A stretch of 38,961 nt of DNA, from IMG/VR virus record IMGVR_UViG_3300038556_000008, positions 1-38,961 of that record; one strand, written 5' to 3'. A model generated the notes under the pieces. The model saw nothing but the letters and a program-made list of their open reading frames with translations, did no database searches and was not told the origin of the DNA. Positions within the stretch are counted from its first letter, which is position 1. Each line of letters starts with the position of its first letter. Source of the stretch: a virus. Taxonomy: Duplodnaviria > Caudoviricetes. Position numbers and translations under genes: made by a program. Positions 7,793-16,598 of this stretch are shown piece after piece.

Positions 7793-8331
7793 GGCATGGG
7801 CTCCCCGAGGCACATGGCACGCAGGCGCTGGCGGTCAGTCCAGACGCCCCTGCATGTGCGGTTGTCGGGATGGCTGCAGCGGTCCTGCGGCTTGCTGACC
7901 GGGCCTGCACGGTCATAAAGCAGGATCGCCTCGCAAGCGCCCTTGTGATCACTGGCCTGCAGGCGCCGCACGATGGTGCTGGGGCCGGTGCGCTCGTTGT
8001 TCATGCAGACCGAGGTGGCGCCCGCGTTGTGCGCCAGGCCCACGAAGGCATCCCACTCGCGCGGATACAGCCGCACATCGCCGAAGCAGCGGCGCAGCGC
8101 AACCTCTTTTTCAGCGGCATCGGCGCGCAGTCGAATCAGCGCGCGCACGGGTGTGGTCTTGTCGCCCACCTTGACGCCCTCGGTGGTGCCAAAGCCCACC
8201 GTGGGCACCTTCGCACCATGCACAGGGTCGGGATATGCGACATCGCTGTAGCCCTCGCGCTGGGCTATGTAGACAAGACCAGAGGCCGAGAGCACGACGG
8301 CCAGGATGCCAAGACGGCCGTCAATTGCCAT
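7789..8331 (-). CDS. Endolysin, GH24 lysozyme with probable SAR (signal-anchor-release) N-terminus
   Basis: Weakly hydrophobic LGILAVVLSASGLVYI, then catalytic EG...YPD...PTVGFGTT. GGAGG RBS upstream. Confidence 0.88.
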   Translation of the reverse strand: MAIDGRLGILAVVLSASGLVYIAQREGYSDVAYPDPVHGAKVPTVGFGTTEGVKVGDKTTPVRALIRLRADAAEKEVALRRCFGDVRLYPREWDAFVGLAHNAGATSVCMNNERTGPSTIVRRLQASDHKGACEAILLYDRAGPVSKPQDRCSHPDNRTCRGVWTDRQRLRAMCLGEPMP

Positions 8332-8487
8332 AGAGCCTCCGCGCGCCGGGGAGGCCTACACAAAGCTGAAATGGAGTATTCATGCACGGCAGAATGCCGC
8401 GCGCGCGTGAAAGGCGCTATTTATGCAACCTATAAGAAAGTGCGTTGAAACAGACTATAGAAGGCTTAGCTTTTGAAGTCCGCAAGC

Positions 8488-8979
8488 TCAGCGTTGGATG
8501 GCACTCACTACTCCGGCGCGAGTGTAGACGTAGCGAATCTCTCTACCTGTGGGATACACAAATTGCTTGGTATCGCCTGCAGTGGTTTTCGTTTCATTCA
8601 CTGTGTCAGGCTGCACCAAAAGTCCCCAAGTTGTACAGTTTCTAAAGTTGTACTCCGTCATGCCTATAGACGGATATGTTTGCATAGCTCCTCCGCACTT
8701 TGCTTGCGCCTCTGCTAGGAGCTCATCATCGGTCTTAAAGCCAGTTGCCTTTTTCTTAACCTCCCAGGCCTTAATTTCGGCATCCACTTTGGCCTTGCGT
8801 TGCTCTTGCTGCTGGACTGCTACGCGATCCCTCCGAGCTGCGTCTTCGGCGCCGGTTGACCCTCCTTGGCAGGGAGCATCCTGGAACGCGATTTGTCCGC
8901 TCGGGGTGGTGCACTTGTTCACCGCCCAAGTTGGACTGATGGCGAAGGCAAGCAAAAAAATAGCAATATGACTATTCAT
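8488..8979 (-). CDS. Exported accessory protein with DUF4124-like N-terminal motif
   Basis: Signal peptide MNSHIAIFLLAFAISPTWA, then VNKCTTPSGQIAFQDAPC. AT-richer than the flanks; third gene of the repressor operon. Confidence 0.72.
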   Translation of the reverse strand: MNSHIAIFLLAFAISPTWAVNKCTTPSGQIAFQDAPCQGGSTGAEDAARRDRVAVQQQEQRKAKVDAEIKAWEVKKKATGFKTDDELLAEAQAKCGGAMQTYPSIGMTEYNFRNCTTWGLLVQPDTVNETKTTAGDTKQFVYPTGREIRYVYTRAGVVSAIQR

Positions 8980-9425
8980 GCGCTCTCCTTTGATTCATTG
9001 TTTAAAACTACTTCGACGTAGCAGCGAAGTCGGTGTACCTGGTTTGGGGCCAGTTCAATGACGAGTGCTGTGTCAAACTCTCGACGCATGAAGTCAAGCA
9101 CTCGTATACGAGCTTGCTTGTCCAAGCATCTCATAAGGGCAAGAGCTTGCTTTTGAGCCTCAGTTACTTGACGACGTCCTTCATTCGCGGCTGGAGCACC
9201 CGCCGTGTCGCCGTAGAAATGTTGGTGCGTTACATGAGTGATATGCACGGCTCCTGCAGCTTGGCCAACCAGGACATTGCCGGAACCATCAAGCACCCGC
9301 TGCTGGAGCGAATCTTGTTCGCTGCCTTGGGGCTCAATTAAACCAGTCCGTAGCCCATTTTCAGCTTTAGTGCGGCACCAAGGTGCTGTCCAGATGCTGA
9401 ACCATTTCCACATTGCCTCCCACAT
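8976..9425 (-). CDS. Hypothetical protein co-oriented with the repressor (start uncertain)
   Basis: ORF whose stop overlaps the next start (ATGA). Gly/Val beta-type motif in the middle and a small helical C-terminal domain. Confidence 0.62.
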   Translation of the reverse strand: MWEAMWKWFSIWTAPWCRTKAENGLRTGLIEPQGSEQDSLQQRVLDGSGNVLVGQAAGAVHITHVTHQHFYGDTAGAPAANEGRRQVTEAQKQALALMRCLDKQARIRVLDFMRREFDTALVIELAPNQVHRLRCYVEVVLNNESKESA

Positions 9426-9465
9426 CGCTTGATCCCTCTACTGAAACCCACCCAGCTTTCGGTCG

Positions 9466-9927
9466 CTATTTTTTGACAGTCACCTTGCCACCAGCGTAGC
9501 CAACTTGGACAGTACCGTCCTTGTTGCTCACCTGGCTGATCGAACCTACCCGAGGCCCTGCTTCCAGAGTCTTGCGCGAGGCCTTGCTCTTTGAGGGCAC
9601 AACTGCGCCCGGTGTGAGCCCAGCGGCAAACAGGGCGGCTGTCTGGATGAGGTTTTGGCGAGCCTCGGGACCGCACAAACGGAAGCCATTTAGGAGCTTT
9701 TTCTCCTCCTCAGGTGCTTCGACGACGGCCTGCCGCTGGCCAGTCAGGACAAACAAGACGTCAACACCTTGCCCAGCCAGCGCGGCCAGTTGAAAGCCGT
9801 CAGGCGCGGTCCGGCCAGATTCCCAAGAAAAGAGGGTTTGCTTCGTCGTGCCAGCAAGGGCGGCGAAGCTGGGCTGGCTCATCCCCAAGCGGGTTCTTTC
9901 CTCTCGTAGCCGGTCTCCGATGGACAT
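9466..9927 (-). CDS. Prophage repressor, XRE/Cro-C1 HTH
   Basis: MSIGDRLREERTRLGMSQPSFAALAGTTKQTLFSWESGRTAPD; divergent from ner; AAGGA RBS. No S24 peptidase domain visible. Confidence 0.9.
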   Translation of the reverse strand: MSIGDRLREERTRLGMSQPSFAALAGTTKQTLFSWESGRTAPDGFQLAALAGQGVDVLFVLTGQRQAVVEAPEEEKKLLNGFRLCGPEARQNLIQTAALFAAGLTPGAVVPSKSKASRKTLEAGPRVGSISQVSNKDGTVQVGYAGGKVTVKK

Positions 9928-9947
9928 GAAAATTTTCCTTGAATTGC

Positions 9948-9976
9948 TTGCATGGGAAAGTTTTCTTTCCCATAAT
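9948..9976 (+). promoter_or_regulatory. Early promoter overlapped by a perfect palindromic operator
   Basis: TTGCAT (9948-9953), 17-bp spacer, CATAAT (9971-9976). Inverted repeat ATGGGAAAG-TTTT-CTTTCCCAT at 9952-9973. Confidence 0.8.
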
Positions 9977-10037
9977 GGAGTCCACACAGCAATTCGCTGT
10001 TGTCACCTAAACATGTTGAGTCAAAGGGTAACAGACG

Positions 10038-10292
10038 ATGCACCCCGAACAAATCAAAGCGGCTATCCGTATGCGCGGAACAACGCCCACGGCGATAGCG
10101 GAGGAACTGAAAGTCTCTCGGTCCATGGTTTCCCATGTGATCAACGGACATGCAAAGTCCGAGCGAATTGCCAAGCGCATAGCCGAAGTCATTGGCGACA
10201 CAGTTGAGGCGATTTGGCCTGCCAATGAGAACAAGCCTGCGTTGCGTCGTATCCGTGTGAATCACCCCGACAGCGCGAGGGCGCCGGCGTGA
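10038..10292 (+). CDS. ner: Ner/Cro-like HTH regulator
   Basis: MHPEQIKAAIRMRGTT...IAEEL...IAEVIG...IWP Ner pattern; first early gene. Confidence 0.85.
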   Translation: MHPEQIKAAIRMRGTTPTAIAEELKVSRSMVSHVINGHAKSERIAKRIAEVIGDTVEAIWPANENKPALRRIRVNHPDSARAPA

Positions 10293-10603
10293 CACGAGCA
10301 ACCGACTACACCAACGCAGCGCAGCAGCGCATCTTGCAGCTGACCATCGCTCTATTCGGGGATGTGGTCCACGGCTACCCCCCCAGCAAGCTGGCTGAGC
10401 TGCTCCAGCAGCCTGCCAGCACGATCACCAAAGACCTCGACAACCTGCGCACAGCGGGCTGGGCCGAGCGCGACGAGGCCACTGGCCACTGGCGCCTGTC
10501 GCCCCGACTGCCGCAGCAGTCCATCAAGGTCTTCAACGCCATTGACGCGGCCAGCCGCCGCGTCGAGGAAGCCCGCAACCGTTACACCCGCAACCCCGAC
10601 TGA
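10289..10603 (+). CDS. Winged-helix DNA-binding protein
   Basis: LAELL...STITKDLDNLRTAGWAE...GHWRLSPR (IclR-like wHTH pattern); overlapping start/stop with ner. Confidence 0.72.
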   Translation: MTRATDYTNAAQQRILQLTIALFGDVVHGYPPSKLAELLQQPASTITKDLDNLRTAGWAERDEATGHWRLSPRLPQQSIKVFNAIDAASRRVEEARNRYTRNPD

Positions 10604-10608
10604 ACACC

Positions 10609-11580
10609 ATGGCACGCCCACAAACCACTGACATCGAGAAGAAGATTTCTGCGAAGGACACAGCAAATGCGCCGACGTCGTCGCATTTGCCAACCCATGA
10701 AGCAGCGGTCGACCAAGAGCGCTTTGCTGCCGACATGGAGCTGATGCGCCAGCAAGAGGGCGCGCTGACTGTGCAACGCAAGGAACAGAACGAGCGAGTC
10801 TTGACGCTGGCGCGCGAGCTGAATTACCAGGGAAGCACTGACCTGGCAGTGCTCGAAAACTCGGCACGTGATGTGATCAAGCGGATCGGGCTGGGCATTT
10901 TCGAGCTGGGTGGCTATCTCCTGCTGCTCAAGGAAGGATGCGAACACGGTGAATTCCTGCCGGCATTGGAGCGCCTGGGCCTGGCCCCGCGCGCCGCGCA
11001 GAACTACATGAACCTGACCCGCCGCTTTGCAAATGCGTCGACGTCAGCGCATTTGGAAAAGCTCGGCTACTCCAAGATGGTGGAACTCCTCCCCCTGGAC
11101 GACGGCCAGGTCGACGGTCTCATCACCGAGGGCCAGACCGGCGAACTCGAACTGGACGACGTGTCCCGCATGTCTGTTAAAGAACTGCGCGCCGCCGTGC
11201 GCAAGGAACGCGCCGAGGCGGCGAAGCAGAAGAACCGCGCAGAGCGTCAAGAAGCGGTGAACGCCGAGATGCACGAAGAGGTGCGCCAGATCAAGCTGCT
11301 GCCCGAGCCTGAACAAGCGAAACGCCTGCACGCCGAGGCCGGGAAAATCCAAGACGAGGTCATGGGCACGGTCCGAGGCAACCTGCGCCGCGCCCTCGAA
11401 AAGCTCAATGAGAGCGGCCAGGACCAAAGCCTGTTCATGGCAGGCATGGTGGGCCAGTTGATCGCGGAGCTGACCATGCTGCGCGACGAATTCAACCTGG
11501 TCGAAGTGGGCAGCACGCCCGAATGGGAAAAGTGGAGCCAGGCCCAAGGCGCCGCCTCCACATCGACCGCTCCCAACTGA
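10609..11580 (+). CDS. DUF3102-like phage protein
   Basis: GGYLLLLKEGCEHGEF...RAAQNYM and MSVKELR motifs; usual position upstream of the transposase in B3-like phages. Confidence 0.75.
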   Translation: MARPQTTDIEKKISAKDTANAPTSSHLPTHEAAVDQERFAADMELMRQQEGALTVQRKEQNERVLTLARELNYQGSTDLAVLENSARDVIKRIGLGIFELGGYLLLLKEGCEHGEFLPALERLGLAPRAAQNYMNLTRRFANASTSAHLEKLGYSKMVELLPLDDGQVDGLITEGQTGELELDDVSRMSVKELRAAVRKERAEAAKQKNRAERQEAVNAEMHEEVRQIKLLPEPEQAKRLHAEAGKIQDEVMGTVRGNLRRALEKLNESGQDQSLFMAGMVGQLIAELTMLRDEFNLVEVGSTPEWEKWSQAQGAASTSTAPN

Positions 11581-11590
11581 TTGAACCAGC

Positions 11591-13342
11591 ATGAGCCCCG
11601 CCCTGATTGAAGCACTGCTGGAGGTGCATGCCCGCGCCCAGGCGGCAGGCCATGGCGGCAAGGAAGCCGTCTATGCATCGGCCTGCCAACTCCTGGGCCT
11701 GTCTCGCGCCACGCTCATGCGCCGCCTCAAGGAGGTCTCCGTGAAACCCGAACGCAAGCGCCGCACCGACGCCGGCAAGATGAGCCTGGGCCTGGCCGAT
11801 GCACAGCGGCTGTCGGCCCAGATGATGGAAGGCTACCGCGCCAACGACAAGAGCATCCAGGCGATGCGCCTGTCGCTGCAGCAGCTGCGCGCCGAAAACC
11901 CGCTGTTCGCCAGCGTGGTGGACCCAGAAACTGGAGAAACCCGCCAGCTGTCTGAAAGCGCCTGCGCACGGGCGCTGCGCGAGTACGCGCTGCACCCTGA
12001 GCAGTTGCGCCGCCCCGAGCCCGTGCAACAGCTCGCCAGCGACCACCCGAACGACGTCTGGCAGTTGGACTTCTCGATCAGCACGCTGTATTACGTCCCG
12101 GGCCAGGGCCAGAGTGGCGTTCAGGACATGGCGCCCAGCGAGTTCTATAAGAACAAGCCTGAGAACTTCGAGAAGATCAAGCGCCAGCGCCTGCTGCGTG
12201 GCGCCATCACCGACCACACCAGCGGCAGCATCTTTGTGCTCTACCTGGAGGGCGGCGAATCCATGGCGAACATGGCCGAGTTGCTGCTGGCTGCCATCGC
12301 CCAACGACCGGATCAGCAGATGTACGGCGTGCCCTTCCACCTGATGGTGGACCCGGGCAGCGGCGCTGGCGGCGCCTTCCGCAACCTGCTGCGCCGCCTG
12401 CAGGTCAAGCTGATCGTGAACGAGGCCGGCAACCCGCGCGCCAAGGGCCAGGTCGAGAACGCGCACAACATCATCGAGACATCTTTCGAGAGCGGTTTCA
12501 AGTTCACGCATGTCCCCGACATTGCCTGGATCAACGAAAAGGCAATGCAGTGGATGCGCTGGTACAACAGCACGCGCATGCACCGCCGCCATGGTCTGAC
12601 GCGCTGGGCCAAGTGGATGGAGATCACCCAGGCGCAGCTGCGGCTGGTGGACGCGGCGCTGGCACGCCAGCTCCTCACGCATTCGCCAGAGACGCCCAAG
12701 GTGCAGCCGAACCTGACCGTGCGCTTTGCGGGCCGCGAGTGGGATCTGCGCGACGTGCCGGGCGTGCTGATCGGCGAGCGCACCGAGATCACCTACAACC
12801 CCTTCGATGCCGCTGTGGCCTATGTGGTCCAGCACGGCGCCGATGGGCAGGAGCTGCTGATCCCGGTGCCCCAGGTCAAGGAAGGCCTGCACGGGTTCCG
12901 GGAGGGCGCTGCCCACATCGGGCGCGAACACAAGGCGCTGCCCGATACCGTGGCACTCACCAACCGCAAGGCTGTGGAGCGCCTGGCAACGGGCACGGAC
13001 ACCGACGAGGCAGCAGCGGCGGCGCGCAAGGCCAAGGCGCTGCCTTTCGGCGGCAAGCATGACCCCTATAAGCACCATGAGGAGCTGCCGGCCGCGACCA
13101 TGCTGCCGCGCCGGGGCACCGAGCTGGAGCCCGCTACCCGTGTCGCCCATGCCGCGCCCGAGCTGCTCACGCACTTCGAGGTCGCCAAAGTCCTGGTGGC
13201 TCGCGGCATGCAGATGTCGCCCGAGCTCCTGGCCACGATCAAGCACCTGCACCCCGAGGGCGTACCAGACGACCAGGTCGTCGCCCTTGAGGCGCGGCTG
13301 AAGGTCCGCACAGGGCTGCGCGTCGTCGCAGGAGGCCAGTGA
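11591..13342 (+). CDS. DDE transposase (MuA analogue, B3/Tn552-type)
   Basis: HPNDVWQLD (D1), GVPFHLMVDPGS (D2), NPRAKGQVE (E) integrase-core motifs; N-terminal HTH. Confidence 0.93.
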   Translation: MSPALIEALLEVHARAQAAGHGGKEAVYASACQLLGLSRATLMRRLKEVSVKPERKRRTDAGKMSLGLADAQRLSAQMMEGYRANDKSIQAMRLSLQQLRAENPLFASVVDPETGETRQLSESACARALREYALHPEQLRRPEPVQQLASDHPNDVWQLDFSISTLYYVPGQGQSGVQDMAPSEFYKNKPENFEKIKRQRLLRGAITDHTSGSIFVLYLEGGESMANMAELLLAAIAQRPDQQMYGVPFHLMVDPGSGAGGAFRNLLRRLQVKLIVNEAGNPRAKGQVENAHNIIETSFESGFKFTHVPDIAWINEKAMQWMRWYNSTRMHRRHGLTRWAKWMEITQAQLRLVDAALARQLLTHSPETPKVQPNLTVRFAGREWDLRDVPGVLIGERTEITYNPFDAAVAYVVQHGADGQELLIPVPQVKEGLHGFREGAAHIGREHKALPDTVALTNRKAVERLATGTDTDEAAAAARKAKALPFGGKHDPYKHHEELPAATMLPRRGTELEPATRVAHAAPELLTHFEVAKVLVARGMQMSPELLATIKHLHPEGVPDDQVVALEARLKVRTGLRVVAGGQ

Positions 13343-14583
13343 TGCACGCCTATACCGCCGTCGCCGTCATGCCTCCCCTGCAGCCCGTGCTGGAGGCCCA
13401 CGAAATCACCCAGAGCGACCTCGCGCGCGCCGTGGGCCTGTCGGCTGCCGCTGCCTGCCGCCTGGTCAAGCACGGCCTGCTGCCCGCGCGCCGGGCCGGC
13501 GAGGTGCGCAAGCGCGCCCTGGACTACCTCAAGGGCCGTGGCGTGTCCATGGCCCATCTGCGCAACCTGGTGCTGCCGGTCCTGGCAGCACCTACCAAAG
13601 AAGTTGGCCCCGCCGAGTTGCACCTCGGCGAGGCCGTCCCCGAGAGCCCGAATGCCGACCAGGCAGAACCCAAGGAGGAAAGCATGCTACTACGCAACGA
13701 GACATTGACCACGGCGGCCAAGCGGCATTTCAAGCTGATGCGCAGCCCGTTCGTTGATGACATCCAGTCGCGGGACGACGTCTTCGCCAGCCAGCACGGC
13801 CGCTACGTGCGCGCCGCGCTGATGGACGCCGCGACAAATCACGGCTTCATCGCCGTGGTCGGCGAGAGCGGTAGCGGCAAGTCCACGCTGCGCGAAGACC
13901 TGGAAGAGCGCATCCGGGAGGAGCGCAAGCCCATCATCGTCATCAAGCCCTACGTGCTTGCGATGGAGCCCAACGACACACGCGGCAAGGCGATGAAAGC
14001 CGGCCAGATCGCGGAGAGCATCGCGCGCACTCTGGCACCCAACATCCAGCTCAAGAGCAGCCCCGATGCCCGGTATCGCCAAGTCCATGATCTGCTCAAG
14101 GCCAGCCGGGCAGCGGGCTATTCGCACCTGCTCATGATCGAGGAGGCTCACCGCATGCCCATGCCGACCTTGAAGCACCTGAAGAACTTCATGGAGCTCA
14201 AAGACGGCCTGCGCCGCCTCCTGGGCGTGTGCCTGGTCGGCCAGCCCGAGCTGCAGCTGCTGCTGTCCGAGCAGAACCCGGAAGTGCGCGAGATCGTCCA
14301 GCGCTGCGAGCAGATCGTCATGGAGCCGCTGGACAACGACCTGGAGGGCTACCTCACGCACAAGCTGGATCGCGCTGGCGCACGCCTGACCGACCTCTTC
14401 GAGGCCGATGCCCTGGACGCCATCCGCGCCCGCCTGATCAGCATGCCGCGCGGCGGCAGGGCCAGCGATGCCGTGAGCATGTGCTACCCCCTGGTGGTCA
14501 ACAACCTGGTCTGCCGCGCCCTCAACGCTGCAGCGGTTGTGGGCTTTCCCAAAGTCGATGCCCAGGTCATCGCGGGGTGCTGA
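13339..14583 (+). CDS. Transposition AAA+ ATPase (MuB analogue, ExeA-like) with N-terminal HTH
   Basis: Walker A GESGSGKS, Walker B LLMIEEAH, LVGQPEL, REIVQRC. N-terminal ITQSDLARAVGLS HTH. Confidence 0.92.
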   Translation: MMHAYTAVAVMPPLQPVLEAHEITQSDLARAVGLSAAAACRLVKHGLLPARRAGEVRKRALDYLKGRGVSMAHLRNLVLPVLAAPTKEVGPAELHLGEAVPESPNADQAEPKEESMLLRNETLTTAAKRHFKLMRSPFVDDIQSRDDVFASQHGRYVRAALMDAATNHGFIAVVGESGSGKSTLREDLEERIREERKPIIVIKPYVLAMEPNDTRGKAMKAGQIAESIARTLAPNIQLKSSPDARYRQVHDLLKASRAAGYSHLLMIEEAHRMPMPTLKHLKNFMELKDGLRRLLGVCLVGQPELQLLLSEQNPEVREIVQRCEQIVMEPLDNDLEGYLTHKLDRAGARLTDLFEADALDAIRARLISMPRGGRASDAVSMCYPLVVNNLVCRALNAAAVVGFPKVDAQVIAGC

Positions 14584-14584
14584 C

Positions 14585-14758
14585 ATGACGTTCTCCCTCT
14601 CCATCACGATCTGCCTGGGCCAGCGTCCCATCGTGCACATCGGCGACTTCGCCCATGTACAAGCCGCCACGGACTACGCACTCCAGACATGGCCCGGTGC
14701 AGCCCTGGTGACCGTCAAGCCGGTCAAGGTCATCAATCTGTGCAAGGAGGCCCTGTAA
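14585..14758 (+). CDS. Small hypothetical early protein
   Basis: Fills the gap between coupled genes; TAATG overlap with the next gene. Confidence 0.55.
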   Translation: MTFSLSITICLGQRPIVHIGDFAHVQAATDYALQTWPGAALVTVKPVKVINLCKEAL

Positions 14759-14922
14759 TGCGCCAGCGCACCTACATCGAAATGGAGCGCTACAGCTGCG
14801 GCATGGGCCTGGCCGAGCGCATCGCCCTGTGGCTGCTCATCGCGTTCTGCATCTTCGGCAGCGGCGCCGCCGTCGCTCTGGCGTGGGGCTTCATCGAGTA
14901 CCCGGGGAGCTGGCCGCTATGA
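14758..14922 (+). CDS. Small membrane protein
   Basis: AAGGAGG RBS; hydrophobic IALWLLIAFCIFGSGAAVALAWGFI; coupled overlaps on both sides. Confidence 0.6.
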   Translation: MRQRTYIEMERYSCGMGLAERIALWLLIAFCIFGSGAAVALAWGFIEYPGSWPL

Positions 14923-15506
14923 CCGATCTCTCATGCCCGGCATGCGGCAGCGAGTTCGACCTCGCTACTGCATTCGCCAGCGAGGAGGACCGCCAGGCGC
15001 TCGCCCGCCTGGTAGCCGTCAGCGTACCCATGGGCGCCCGCGTGCTGCAGTACGTCGCGCTGCACACGCCGGCAAAGCAGCGCCTGACCTCGGCCAAGAA
15101 GATCAAGCTGATCCTGCAGCTGCTGCCCGACTTGGAGCGCCAGGCCGTCGCGCACAAGGGCCGCGACTGGTCGGTGCCGCTGACCGTCTGGGCCGCAGCC
15201 ATCGACCAGTTGCTCGCCCAGCGCGACGCTGGCCGGCTGGAGCTCCCGCTCAAGGGCCACGGCTATCTCTACGCCGTGCTCGCTGGCATGGCCGACAAGG
15301 TTGGTGAGCAGGCCGAGCAGCAACGCGATCAGGACCTGCGCCACGCAGTTCGTCCCAACGCTGCGGCGCCGATGGACTTGGCCCAACTGGCGAACGCCCA
15401 AGACCCAGCGCTGGTTGCGCTCCAAGAGCGCGACCGCAAGGCCGCACCGATCCCTGAACACCTGCGTCTACGGATGGCCGCTATCAGCGGCAGGAAAGGA
15501 ACATGA
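14919..15506 (+). CDS. Conserved Mu-like phage protein with N-terminal CxxC
   Basis: MTDLSCPACG...YVALH.PAKQRL...LPLKGHGYLY motifs. Confidence 0.75.
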   Translation: MTDLSCPACGSEFDLATAFASEEDRQALARLVAVSVPMGARVLQYVALHTPAKQRLTSAKKIKLILQLLPDLERQAVAHKGRDWSVPLTVWAAAIDQLLAQRDAGRLELPLKGHGYLYAVLAGMADKVGEQAEQQRDQDLRHAVRPNAAAPMDLAQLANAQDPALVALQERDRKAAPIPEHLRLRMAAISGRKGT

Positions 15507-15958
15507 CCATGGCACGGAAAACCAATATGAGCGCCGAGAGCGCTGCCATCGTGGTGTACCTGCGTAAGTTCGGCCCTCAGACCCGCCAGAAATTGACCGA
15601 GGTCGTGCCCACCGACACGCCTGGTGGCCTGGCCAAGCGGCTGTCCAACCTGCGCGCCAATGGCTGGGTGCAGATCGAGGAGGCCGAGGGCATGCCTGTC
15701 CTGTACGCCATCAAGCCGTGTGTGCGTGGCCTGTTCCCCGAACTGGACGCACGACCGAGCAAGGTCGCGGGCGCCACGGCACAGGATGGCGCCCCGGCCG
15801 CTCCTGCCACACAGGCGCTGGAGCCGGCACCTCGGCCTGCACCCGTCGAGCGGTACATCCCCGGCCCAATGGTCATTTCTGCCATCCCTCGGATGGGCAC
15901 GGCACGTCCTGGTGCCCTGGCTTTTCTCGCTGTCCCCAGCCGGGGCGTCCGTTGCTGA
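15503..15958 (+). CDS. Hypothetical protein with winged-helix-like N-terminus
   Basis: Coupled ORF with RBS; LSNLRANGWV; C-terminal RPGAL..L..PSRG motif. Confidence 0.65.
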   Translation: MTMARKTNMSAESAAIVVYLRKFGPQTRQKLTEVVPTDTPGGLAKRLSNLRANGWVQIEEAEGMPVLYAIKPCVRGLFPELDARPSKVAGATAQDGAPAAPATQALEPAPRPAPVERYIPGPMVISAIPRMGTARPGALAFLAVPSRGVRC

Positions 15959-15983
15959 TCACCGAAAAGAGAACGCAATCAAC

Positions 15984-16598
15984 ATGACCACAGAAACCAT
16001 CCCCCCAGGCTACTGGCAAGACGCCCGTGGCAACCTGGTCCCCGAGTCCAAGGTCAAGCCCATCGACAAGCTGCGCGACCAGTGCGTGCGCGACCTTTGT
16101 GGCATGGCAGAGGCTCAGATGCGTGGCCTGGCGAAATTCAAGCTGCAGGCCATGCAAGACGTGGCCGCTCTCGTCACGGCGAGTCTGGAGCAGTACGGCG
16201 TGAAGAGCGGCGGCGACAAGGGCAACGTCACGCTGACCAGCTTTGACGGCGAGTACAAGATCCTGCGCCAGATGCAGGATCAGATCGTCTTCAGCGAGCA
16301 GTTGCAGGGAGCCAAGGTATTGATCGACCAGTGCGTCACGCGCTGGGCCGAGGGCGCCAATGACAACATCAAGGTGCTCATCAACGATGCGTTCCAGGTC
16401 GACAAGGCCGGCAAGATCAATACCGACCGCGTGCTGGGCTTGCGCCGCCTGGACATCCAGGACGAGGACTGGCTGCAGGCCATGCAGGCGATCTCGGACA
16501 GCATCCAGGTGGCCAGCACCAAGCCCTACATACGCTTTTACAAGCGCAATGCCACGGGCGGCTATGACCCGATCACTCTGGATCTTGCAGCTGTATGA
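15984..16598 (+). CDS. DUF3164-family Mu-like phage protein
   Basis: IPPGYWQDARGNLVP...KGNVTLTSFDG...AFQVDKAGKI...YIRFY signature. Confidence 0.85.
   Translation: MTTETIPPGYWQDARGNLVPESKVKPIDKLRDQCVRDLCGMAEAQMRGLAKFKLQAMQDVAALVTASLEQYGVKSGGDKGNVTLTSFDGEYKILRQMQDQIVFSEQLQGAKVLIDQCVTRWAEGANDNIKVLINDAFQVDKAGKINTDRVLGLRRLDIQDEDWLQAMQAISDSIQVASTKPYIRFYKRNATGGYDPITLDLAAV

Noticed and set aside
8324-8383. 19-aa minus-strand mini-ORF (MNTPFQL...) overlapping the endolysin start, as a holin or leader peptide
   Set aside because: Too short and not hydrophobic; no independent support.
11492-14670. Long minus-strand ORFs (586 aa, 326 aa)
   Set aside because: Antisense shadows of the transposase and ATPase genes.
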